The position numbers and the translations under genes were made by a program. From positions 142,128-206,127 of the forward strand of contig CAVVKW010000001.1 in the NCBI GenBank assembly GCA_963749035.1: DNA of 64,000 bases, given 5' to 3'. The notes under the pieces were generated by a model. It saw only the letters and a list, made by a program, of their open reading frames with translations, searched no databases and had not been told where the DNA came from. This DNA comes from an uncultured Verrucomicrobiae bacterium (GTDB lineage: Bacteria; Verrucomicrobiota; Verrucomicrobiia; Chthoniobacterales; JAATET01). Shown one piece after another: positions 1 to 11,789 of this stretch (positions are counted from its first letter, which is position 1; each line of letters opens with the position of its first letter).

Positions 1-17
1 AAATTCCATACGTTGAT

Positions 18-3761
<3,744 letters not shown>

Positions 3762-3767
3762 GCCAAA

Positions 3768-3800
3768 ACGCTCACGCGAAGCCGCGACGTCGCGAAGAAC
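3768..3800. repeat. GC-rich REP-like intergenic repeat (CTCACGCGAAG-CGCGA-G-CGCGAAG), copy just downstream of metH
   Basis: cgctcacgcgaagccgcgacgtcgcgaaga matches the reverse complement of 30857-30890 at about 24/27 positions. Related inverted copies lie at 3941-3995. Confidence 0.6.
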
Positions 3801-4193
3801 CTGTTCAACGGGAGCCGACGCACCCAGCGTCAGAAATGCTCCGCTTCCTCCTCAGCGACGTCCGAGCGACTGCTTCCCCGCCTGCTTCCAGATAACCTAA
3901 GACGAACTTCAGCAAATCACTGGTGGATCTTTGCGGCTCTGCGCCTCTGCGTGAGACCTGCGTTCATTTTATTTCCTTCGCGCCTTCGCGCGTTGACCCT
4001 CTCGCTCCCAGTCATCGTCTTTGCTCCCGCTCCTCCGCCCTTCGGGCTGCCTACCGGCAAGCTATGTCACTTGACTCCCGCTGGCTCCATTGTCTCGCCC
4101 TTCGGATCCGGCAGCCGCCGGAAGCCGATCCACTCTGCCCCGCGGCTTCCAGGCCGCCGGTGCTAACGTCCGGAATTCATTATCTCCAGACAT

Positions 4194-4234
4194 GAGAAAA
4201 CCCGTTTTGCCCCAATGGCCAAACGGGTTTTCTC
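4194..4234 (-). terminator. Rho-independent terminator-like hairpin downstream of hup
   Basis: Perfect inverted repeat gagaaaacccgttt / aaacgggttttctc with a 13-nt loop, 34 nt past the hup stop. On the minus strand the stem is followed by UUUUCUC. Confidence 0.7.
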
Positions 4235-4267
4235 GGTGCGGGGGGGAAATCCGCTAGGGGAAAAGTT

Positions 4268-4543
4268 CTACAGCAGTTCTTTGAATGCTTTTCCGGCGGT
4301 GAACTTCACGCTCTTCGACGCCTTGATCTTGATCTTTTCGCCTGTCTTGGGATTGACGCCGGTGCGTGCCTTGCGAGCCGCAACCTTGAACGTTCCAAAC
4401 CCAACGAGCTGGACAATCTTCGTTTTTTTGACACCAAGCTTGATCGAATCGATCACTGCCGCGAGAGCGCGTTCCGCGTCGGCTTTGCTTGCTTCCTTGC
4501 CGAGCGATTTCTGGACGGCTTCAACGAGTTCAACTTTGTTCAT
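4268..4543 (-). CDS. hup: HU family DNA-binding protein (91 aa from the internal ATG of ORF 4268..4597)
   Basis: [15 protein letters not shown]...[26 protein letters not shown] is a typical HU/IHF fold sequence. Start set at cat 4541-4543. Confidence 0.93.
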   Translation of the reverse strand: MNKVELVEAVQKSLGKEASKADAERALAAVIDSIKLGVKKTKIVQLVGFGTFKVAARKARTGVNPKTGEKIKIKASKSVKFTAGKAFKELL

Positions 4544-4717
4544 GGAAATTTGTTTTGGGAACCCCGGAGAGGAGGTGACAAGAAAGCTACTGTTCAAAGG
4601 ACTGCGTTGTCAATCATCGCATTGCCATTTTCTCGTAGTTTTTCGAAATAAACCGGCTCAGCCTCCGAGGTCGCTCCCAATTTCCCCACCGCCTTTCACC
4701 TCTCCTTCAACCAGCCG

Positions 4718-5260
4718 ATGAATTTCGAAACCCAGATCAACCGATTTCTCAGTCGGCGCCCGACCATCGCAGCTTCCGCATTCATCGCGCCGCACACCTT
4801 CGTTCACGGCGACGTCACGATCGGCGAACAGGCCAGCATCTGGCCCCAGTGTTCGCTGCGCGGAGACGTCTCGTCCATTCACATCGGCGCCCACTCGAAC
4901 GTTCAGGACGGCACCGTCGTCCACGTCGCCGACAACCTGCCAGCCATCGTCGGCGAGTGGGTCACCGTCGGTCACCAAGCCACCGTCCACGCCTGCACCG
5001 TCGAAGACGAAGTCCTCGTCGGAATGGGAGCGATCATTCTCGACGGTGCCCGGATCGGATCCCGCTCCATCATCGGAGCAAATTCCACCGTCACGATGAA
5101 GACCGAGATTCCCCCGGGCTCACTCGTCCTCGGATCACCCGGCAAAGTCGTTCGCCAACTTTCACCGGAGGAGCAGAACGGCATCCGCACCTGGGCGGAG
5201 CGCTACGTCACGCTTTCCCGACGTTACCTTGCCGAGTTCCCGCTCGAACACCGTTGTTAG
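4718..5260 (+). CDS. Hexapeptide-repeat (left-handed beta-helix) protein, gamma-carbonic anhydrase / YrdA-PaaY-like
   Basis: Family pattern: IAPHTFVHGDVTIGEQASIWPQCSLRGDV..IHIGAHSNVQDGTVVH. Confidence 0.85.
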   Translation: MNFETQINRFLSRRPTIAASAFIAPHTFVHGDVTIGEQASIWPQCSLRGDVSSIHIGAHSNVQDGTVVHVADNLPAIVGEWVTVGHQATVHACTVEDEVLVGMGAIILDGARIGSRSIIGANSTVTMKTEIPPGSLVLGSPGKVVRQLSPEEQNGIRTWAERYVTLSRRYLAEFPLEHRC

Positions 5261-5288
5261 AACGCCCCGCCGCTGGTAAGTTTGCGTC

Positions 5289-5771
5289 ATGAGCAAGGCG
5301 GTCGTCGAAGTGCACGTCAAAGCACTGATCCCCACGAACGGCGGGTGCGCTGTGTTCATCGGAAATTCCGAGAAACTCTTCGTCATCCACGTCGACCCGA
5401 GCGTTGGCAGCGCGATTGCCATGTTCATGAGCGGCCAGAAAAAGGAGCGTCCTCTCACCCACGATCTCATGGCGCTTCTCCTCTCAGCGGTCGGCGCAAA
5501 GGTCGAACGCATCGTCATCAACGACCTCAAGGACGGCACCTACTTCGGACGGCTCATCATCACTGCGGAAAACGAAATCCATCAGCGCAAAATCATCGAG
5601 CTCGACGCCCGTCCCAGCGATTGCATCGCCCTGGCCTCCCAGCAAAACGCGAAGATCTACGTCAGCGCCCACGTGTGGGACGAAGTCGACGACATGAGCG
5701 AAGTCCTCGAAGAAATCAAATCCGACGACAACTCCACCGAAGAAGACGATCCGGATCTTTCCACAGATTAA
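5289..5771 (+). CDS. Bifunctional nuclease (BFN/DUF151) family protein
   Basis: LTHDLMALLLSAVGAKVERIVINDLKDGTYFGRLII...ELDARPSDCIALA is characteristic of the BFN domain. Acidic C-terminal tail. Confidence 0.8.
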   Translation: MSKAVVEVHVKALIPTNGGCAVFIGNSEKLFVIHVDPSVGSAIAMFMSGQKKERPLTHDLMALLLSAVGAKVERIVINDLKDGTYFGRLIITAENEIHQRKIIELDARPSDCIALASQQNAKIYVSAHVWDEVDDMSEVLEEIKSDDNSTEEDDPDLSTD

Positions 5772-5821
5772 ACGGAAGTGCGCGAATTGCGTGAGGGATC
5801 TTCGGTCCCAAAACTGAAACC

Positions 5822-5862
5822 AGAAATCTGCGTCCTTCTGTTTAATCTGCGGACGAACCTCA
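5822..5862. repeat. REP-like repeat AATCTGCGTCC-n8-TTAATCTGCGGAC, diverged third copy
   Basis: agaaatctgcgtccttctgtttaatctgcggacgaacctcac shares the core (about 34/41) with the two 57-bp repeats flanking the CRISPR-Cas locus. Confidence 0.6.
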
Positions 5863-6429
5863 CATCCGCGGAATCGTGATCCCGCGCTGCTTCATGTATT
5901 TCCCCCCGCGATCCGCGTAGCTCGTTTCGCAAACCTCATCCCCCTGAAAAAACACCACCTGCGCCAGCCCTTCGTTCGCGTAGATCTTCGCGGGGAGCGG
6001 CGTGGTGTTGGAAATTTCCAACGTCACGTGACCCTCCCACTCGGGCTCGAACGGCGTCACGTTCACGATGATTCCGCACCGCGCATACGTCGATTTCCCC
6101 ACGCAGATCGTCAGCACATCCCGCGGAATCCGGAAGTATTCCACGCTTCTCGCCAGCGCGAACGAGTTCGGCGGCACGATGCAGATTTCCGTTTCCATGT
6201 CGACGAACGACCGGTCGTCGAACGCCTTCGGATCGACAACGGTATTGTAAACGTTCGTGAAAACCTTGAACTCCGAAGACACGCGAAGATCGTAACCATA
6301 ACTCGAAAGACCGTAGCTGATCAGTCGTTCTCCCGCGGGATCGTGCCGCACCTGCTCCTCGGAAAACGGCTCGATCATTCCCCGCTCCACCGCCATCCGA
6401 CGAATCCACTTATCTGAACAAACCGACAT
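5860..6429 (-). CDS. dcd: dCTP deaminase
   Basis: [22 protein letters not shown]...GYDLRV...KSTYARCGI...[15 protein letters not shown]. Start taken at the internal ATG (cat 6427-6429), which matches the canonical Dcd N-terminus. Confidence 0.93.
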   Translation of the reverse strand: MSVCSDKWIRRMAVERGMIEPFSEEQVRHDPAGERLISYGLSSYGYDLRVSSEFKVFTNVYNTVVDPKAFDDRSFVDMETEICIVPPNSFALARSVEYFRIPRDVLTICVGKSTYARCGIIVNVTPFEPEWEGHVTLEISNTTPLPAKIYANEGLAQVVFFQGDEVCETSYADRGGKYMKQRGITIPRM

Positions 6430-7288
6430 GAGCACCGAACTACACGAAGCGCCCCCACTCCCCCAATCGAAAATCAACGACCCTCGATCAAAACTCCACA
6501 GCGCTCTCGTGCTCATCGGTCACGGTTCCACCCTCAACCCGGACTCCAGCGCCCCCACCCACGACCACGCCGCCACCATCCGCGCCCGCGGCATCTTCGG
6601 CGAAGTTGTTTCCACCTTCTGGAAGGAAGAACCCTCGTTCCGCGAGGTTCTGAGGATGATCGAAGCCGACGACATCTACCTCGTGCCGAATTTCATCAGC
6701 GAAGGGTATTTCACCCAGACGGTCATCCCGCGCGAACTCGAACTCGACGGACCCGTCACGCGCGTCGGCTCCCGCACCCTGAAGTATTGCGAGCCAGTCG
6801 GCAGCCACCCCGCCATGACCGACGTGATCCTTCAGCGAGCCCGTGAGACCGCCCCCTCCGTCGATCCTGCCGCGGCCAGCCTACTCATCGTCGGTCACGG
6901 CACCGGTCTCAACGATAACTCCGCCAAGGCCGCCAAAGACCAGGTCCGGTGGATCAGTGACCTCGGAATCTACGGCGAAGTCCTCGCCACCTACATGGAG
7001 GAGCCCCCCCTCATCTCCGAGTGGGACACGATCACCAAACACCCCGACGTCGTCGTCGTTCCGTTCTTCATCGCCGACGGTCTCCACAGTTATCAGGACA
7101 TCCCCGTCCTTCTCGGAACCGAAGAAGAGGGTGCTCCCGCCGCCAGTCAACGTGACGTCTTCCGGAAAAATCCCCACTCGCTCCGCGGCAAGCGCGTGCA
7201 CTACGCCAGCGCCATCGGCACGGAACCGTCCATGGTCGACGTCATCCTCGAGCAGGTCTCCGCGTTCGATGCCGCCCACCCGGAATAA
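6428..7288 (+). CDS. cbiX: Two-domain CbiX-type sirohydrochlorin chelatase
   Basis: Two repeats of the CbiX pattern (LVLIGHGS.. and LLIVGHGTG..; PFFIADGLH). Confidence 0.8.
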   Translation: MSTELHEAPPLPQSKINDPRSKLHSALVLIGHGSTLNPDSSAPTHDHAATIRARGIFGEVVSTFWKEEPSFREVLRMIEADDIYLVPNFISEGYFTQTVIPRELELDGPVTRVGSRTLKYCEPVGSHPAMTDVILQRARETAPSVDPAAASLLIVGHGTGLNDNSAKAAKDQVRWISDLGIYGEVLATYMEEPPLISEWDTITKHPDVVVVPFFIADGLHSYQDIPVLLGTEEEGAPAASQRDVFRKNPHSLRGKRVHYASAIGTEPSMVDVILEQVSAFDAAHPE

Positions 7289-7425
7289 GCCGATCCGGCG
7301 CGCGACCTCGAGCTCGGGAGACGAGCCCAAAACCCCCACCTTTCGAATTCGACGCTGGTCGCGGTGCGAGCGAAACGCCGAACCCGCCCGGCACGGAATT
7401 CCCGTCCCTGCCGATCTTACAACCT

Positions 7426-9897
7426 CTAAAACTCGATCGCCTTCGGGGGCTCGATCGCGATCGCCGGCATGGAACTGCTGACGTCCATTGGCCGGACCGC
7501 CTCCGCCTTCCGGACCTCGCGCGGCCCCTCCGGCACCGCCTCGGCAGCGACCGCCGTGGCAGCCTCCGCGTCCTTCATCGCCGCGTCCGCCACTTGCTGA
7601 TCGACCGGCAAAGCTTTCGCGACCGGAATCTCGTCCTCCCGCATCCGCATCGCCGCTGGCCGCACGGATTGATAAACGTCATTGAGTCCGACCAAAGCCG
7701 GCTCCGATACCGCGATCGGACGGACCATTGCCAGATCCACCGCCGACGCCGCCCGCGGCCACTCCGACTCCTCCCGCTCTTCCGCGTAAAGTCGCATTCC
7801 GCTGCCGTGCACGTCGCAGGCGATGCTCGGCTTCTGAGCTTCCGTCGCGTATTCGATGTAACTCGTTTTCACCATCTTCCGCTCGCCGGTCTGCGGATCC
7901 ACCAGCGATTCCTCGCACCGAGGCGTCTCGAGTAACCCGGATTCGCGGCAGATCATGTAGGGCGTGACCGACTCCGGCGCGGTAAACGGCTCGGGCTTGA
8001 AATCATTCACGGAGGCGTTCATGACGTTCGTCCAGACGGGCAACGCGAGCTGATTCCCGAAAGCTCCCCGATAAATTCGACGCGGCTTGTCGAAGCCGAC
8101 CCACACCCCACACGTCACCGCAGTCGTGTAACCGACGAAGTATGTGTCGGTGAAATTGTAAGCCGTCCCCGTCTTGCCAGCCGCCGGATAGTTCCCGAGC
8201 CCGTCGCGAACCACCGCCGCCTGACCCGTCCCCTCGCGAAGTGCATCTTCGAGCTGGGTGTTGATCTGAAACGCGGTCGCGTCCGACATCACCGGCACCT
8301 TCGTCGGCTCCGCCTCGTAGATCACGCGGTCACCGTCGACGATCTTCTGAATGATGTAGGGCTGTTTGGCCCGCCACCCCTTCCCCGGAAACGTGGAATA
8401 CGCCAACGTCAGATCTTCCAGTGACATCTCGCTGGTCCCGAGGAACGCGTTCGAGAATTGACGGATCGGCGTGGAGATTCCCGCCTTGGCGGCCAGCTTC
8501 GTAACCGCGTCCAACCCCGCTTCCCAGCCCAACCGAACGGTCGCTCCGTTCTTCGATTTTACCAACGCCTCGCGCGCCAGTATGTTTCCCTCGTATTCAT
8601 TGTCCGTTCGCTCGACGCCCCACTCACCCAGAATCCCGGTCGTTCCACCGATGTTGACGTAGCGGTTGTCGAGCGCCGCGTCCTGCACCATGCGGCCCGG
8701 GAAAATTCCCTTCTCATACGCGGCCGCAAAAACGAACGGTGTAAAAGCCGTCCCCGCCGGTCGCCGGGACTGAAAAGCGCGGTTGTATTCGCTGTGTTTG
8801 AATTCCCGGCCGCCGATCAGCGTCAACACCCCACCCGTCGCGTTGTCCAAGGCAAACACCGCTCCCTGCAGGTAATCCGGCGTCGGAGCCTGCGCGCTCG
8901 GGAAACCGCCGGTCCGCAACGTTTTCTCGGTATCGGCGAATTCCTGCACGAAGTCCGGATAGGTCTGATGATCGTATTCATCCCGATCTTCGACCGTGTT
9001 CAAGCTGTTCCGCAAAGCCACCTCCCCCGCGCGCTGCATGTCCAAGTCCAGCGTCGTGTAGATTTCGAACCCTCCATTCATCGCCCGTTCGTAGCCTAGA
9101 GCCGCGATGGCCTGCTGCCGGACGTAGTCCACGGCGTAAGACACCTTGTAGGGATTGCTCCGCCGACGCGTCACCATCGGGGCTCCGCGATCCCGCTGCT
9201 CCTGCTCCTTCGAGATGAACCCCAGGTCCTCCATCTTACCCAGGACCACGTCCCGCGCACCCTTCGCACCCTCCGGATTATTCCAAGGCGACAGCCCATT
9301 CGGGCTCTTCAACAACCCCGCCAGCGTCGCACATTGGCCCGCCGTCATCTCCTCCGCCGGAACTCCAAAGTAACCGCGCGCCGCCGCCTCGACCCCGTAG
9401 AGACCGGAGCCGAAGTAAACCCGGTTCAGATAGAGCTCCATGATCTTCTGTTTCGAAAATCGCGCTTCGACCCGACCCGCGAGCAGGATCTCGATGATCT
9501 TGCGCTCGTAGGTTTTTTCGAACATGTCGAAGGAATTTCGAGCCAATTGCTGCGTCACCGTGCTTGCCCCCTGCTTGTTGCGACCCGCGCGATAGTTCGC
9601 GATCGCGGCGCGCATGATGCCGAAATAATCGACGCCACTGTGCGTCCAGAATCGGTTGTCCTCAGCCGCCACCACCGCGTCGACCATCAGCCGGGGGATC
9701 TTATCGTAGGGGATCGGATTCCGGTTCTGGATGAAGATCTTTCCAAATTGCGTCCCGTTCCGGTCAAAGAGCAAAGTCGATGCCTCCATCTTCTCCATCT
9801 CGTTCAGATCATACGCACCCGCCCGAGCCTCATACTTCGACTTCAGCACCGAAGCCGAGATCAGGCCCACGACGGCCAGCACCGCGAGGCCAAGCAA
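7426..9897 (-). CDS. Class A penicillin-binding protein (glycosyltransferase + transpeptidase), PBP1A-like
   Basis: GT51 motifs (AEDNRFWTHSGVD, RKIIEILLA), a transpeptidase module, and an N-terminal TM helix. The true start is probably upstream of the TTG at 9897 (see findings). Confidence 0.93.
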   Translation of the reverse strand: MLGLAVLAVVGLISASVLKSKYEARAGAYDLNEMEKMEASTLLFDRNGTQFGKIFIQNRNPIPYDKIPRLMVDAVVAAEDNRFWTHSGVDYFGIMRAAIANYRAGRNKQGASTVTQQLARNSFDMFEKTYERKIIEILLAGRVEARFSKQKIMELYLNRVYFGSGLYGVEAAARGYFGVPAEEMTAGQCATLAGLLKSPNGLSPWNNPEGAKGARDVVLGKMEDLGFISKEQEQRDRGAPMVTRRRSNPYKVSYAVDYVRQQAIAALGYERAMNGGFEIYTTLDLDMQRAGEVALRNSLNTVEDRDEYDHQTYPDFVQEFADTEKTLRTGGFPSAQAPTPDYLQGAVFALDNATGGVLTLIGGREFKHSEYNRAFQSRRPAGTAFTPFVFAAAYEKGIFPGRMVQDAALDNRYVNIGGTTGILGEWGVERTDNEYEGNILAREALVKSKNGATVRLGWEAGLDAVTKLAAKAGISTPIRQFSNAFLGTSEMSLEDLTLAYSTFPGKGWRAKQPYIIQKIVDGDRVIYEAEPTKVPVMSDATAFQINTQLEDALREGTGQAAVVRDGLGNYPAAGKTGTAYNFTDTYFVGYTTAVTCGVWVGFDKPRRIYRGAFGNQLALPVWTNVMNASVNDFKPEPFTAPESVTPYMICRESGLLETPRCEESLVDPQTGERKMVKTSYIEYATEAQKPSIACDVHGSGMRLYAEEREESEWPRAASAVDLAMVRPIAVSEPALVGLNDVYQSVRPAAMRMREDEIPVAKALPVDQQVADAAMKDAEAATAVAAEAVPEGPREVRKAEAVRPMDVSSSMPAIAIEPPKAIEF

Positions 9898-10099
9898 CGG
9901 CCCCCAAAACCAGGGTTTCCGGTAAAACTTCCGCCGACGGCGACGGCGCGGCCGCTCCTCCCAACTGTAATAATCCTGTCCGATAGCGCGGACTACATTC
10001 CACGAGAAACCCGCGAGAGCAAATCAGAAAAGCGCATTCCGCCCCGCGACCCGCACCGCCCTTGCAATCGATCGCGATCGGGCCAGAATTCATCCCACC

Positions 10100-11290
10100 A
10101 TGACCCGCTCGATTCTCCTGCTCGGCGCGATTTCGCTCGCTGCTCTATCTGCACCGCTCGCTGCGCAACCCGCCGCCTCCGTTGGCAAGATCGAGACGCC
10201 AGCCATCGACAGCCCCATGCGGCTGGAACTGCTCAAAGTTCAGATCGTTCTTGATCGCGCCGGATTCCGACCCGGCAAGCTCGACGGACTCGGCGGCGAA
10301 TTCACCCAAGCCGCGCACGATCGTTACAACATCGCCAACGACATCCCGACGGGTCAGCGCCTCGATCTCTCCGACGTCGCCGAGCCGTTCCGCGAATACA
10401 CACTCACCGAAGAAGATCTCGAGTGGGTCGGCAAAACCGCCTCGACCCCCGCCGCGCAGGAGAAACTTCCCAACATGCCTTACGCCAACGCGTGGGAACT
10501 CATCGCGGAAAAATTCCACGCTGATCTCGACTACGTCCGTGAGCTGAACCCGGACATCTCCAATCCCGAGCCCGGCACGATCTTCCGTGTCCCGGACGTC
10601 GAAGAATTTTCCATGCAACGAGTCGTCGCTCTCAACGAAGAGCGGGCCGCCGCCGCAACCGCGAAGAAGAAGGCAGCGGAAGAGGCGGAGGCAGAACCCC
10701 CAGCCGCCGAGGAAGCCGCACCCGCCCCGTCCCCGACGGCCACCGCCACTCCCGCCCCAGCGGGTGTGGAAACGATCGACCCCGAAAACACCGCCGTCGA
10801 GGACTCCGCTCTCCTCGTCGACCAAGATGCCACGCCGACGCCGACCCCCAGCCCCACTCCGGAGCCGACTCCGGAACCAGACCCGGTCGTTCACCTCGTC
10901 ATCCTGCGTGAGCCGCGCATCATCGAGCTCTACGAAGACGATAAGCTGACGGGCTCATTCCCCTGCACACCGGGCTCCGGACGCGTCCCCGTGCCCGTCG
11001 GCACTTGGGAAATCACCTCGAACATCCTCATGCCCTACTTCCGCTACGATAAGTCCGTGCTCAAGGACGGCACCCGCAGCGACAACGCCTTCAACATCCC
11101 GCCCGGACCCAACAACTACGTGGGCATCGTCTGGATGGGAATCAACCGGAAGAGCGTGGGCATCCACGGCACCAACAGCCCCGACCAGATTGGGCGCAAC
11201 GAAAGCAGCGGCTGCATCCGCCTCGCGAATTGGGACGCCTTCACCGTAGCCCAAAAGGTCAAGAAAGGCACCGAGGTCGAGGTGCGATAG
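10100..11290 (+). CDS. L,D-transpeptidase (YkuD domain) with signal peptide and Pro/Thr/Ala-rich linker
   Basis: Signal peptide MTRSILLLGAISLAALSAPLAA. Catalytic motif GIHGTNSPDQIGRNESSGCIRL. Confidence 0.88.
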   Translation: MTRSILLLGAISLAALSAPLAAQPAASVGKIETPAIDSPMRLELLKVQIVLDRAGFRPGKLDGLGGEFTQAAHDRYNIANDIPTGQRLDLSDVAEPFREYTLTEEDLEWVGKTASTPAAQEKLPNMPYANAWELIAEKFHADLDYVRELNPDISNPEPGTIFRVPDVEEFSMQRVVALNEERAAAATAKKKAAEEAEAEPPAAEEAAPAPSPTATATPAPAGVETIDPENTAVEDSALLVDQDATPTPTPSPTPEPTPEPDPVVHLVILREPRIIELYEDDKLTGSFPCTPGSGRVPVPVGTWEITSNILMPYFRYDKSVLKDGTRSDNAFNIPPGPNNYVGIVWMGINRKSVGIHGTNSPDQIGRNESSGCIRLANWDAFTVAQKVKKGTEVEVR

Positions 11291-11305
11291 CCCGCCACCC
11301 GCGGC

Positions 11306-11770
11306 CTACGCGCGATCTGAGACCCGCACCGCGCGCCCTTCGTCCGCATCGAGGTAATCGAACATCGTGCGGATGTCGTCCCGTTCGGCCAATCCGCTCT
11401 CCGCCTTACGTTCCGCGAGCTTCGCCGCGAACGAATCGTCCCAGCCAAATTTCCGCAGGAAGCCGTTCCAAACCTCCACCTCGCCCTCACTTGGGCGGTG
11501 GCCATTGGCAAAACACCATCCCAGCGCGTCCAGGTCGGACACTCCGCTCAGAACGATCTCTTCGAGTTCGGAAAACTCGACCTGTAGAAAGTCCACGCAG
11601 ATCCGGTCGAAACCCACCCCGATGTTTCCCAGTAAGTCTTCCCGCAGTTCCCCCGCGGCCCGAAGCCGCAGCTTGTCGAGCATTCGAGCGAAGTAAAAGA
11701 TCCCCTCGGTTTTTGCGTAAGGCGAGCGCGGCACTTTCATCGCCGTAGGCTCCCGCATCGCTCCTGACAA
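11306..11770 (-). CDS. DUF5069-like protein
   Basis: PRSPYAKTEGIFYFARMLDKLR... resembles the DUF5069 N-terminal signature as recalled; not searched. Confidence 0.6.
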   Translation of the reverse strand: MSGAMREPTAMKVPRSPYAKTEGIFYFARMLDKLRLRAAGELREDLLGNIGVGFDRICVDFLQVEFSELEEIVLSGVSDLDALGWCFANGHRPSEGEVEVWNGFLRKFGWDDSFAAKLAERKAESGLAERDDIRTMFDYLDADEGRAVRVSDRA

Positions 11771-11789
11771 TGCAACTCCCCGCGCGGAG

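Noticed and set aside
3900-4190. tRNA, tmRNA or another known ncRNA in the 500-bp metH-hup spacer.
   Set aside because: No cloverleaf-compatible arms or T-loop consensus (GTTCRANYC) were found. Only REP-like repeats and generic GC hairpins are present. An unknown structured RNA cannot be excluded without covariance models.
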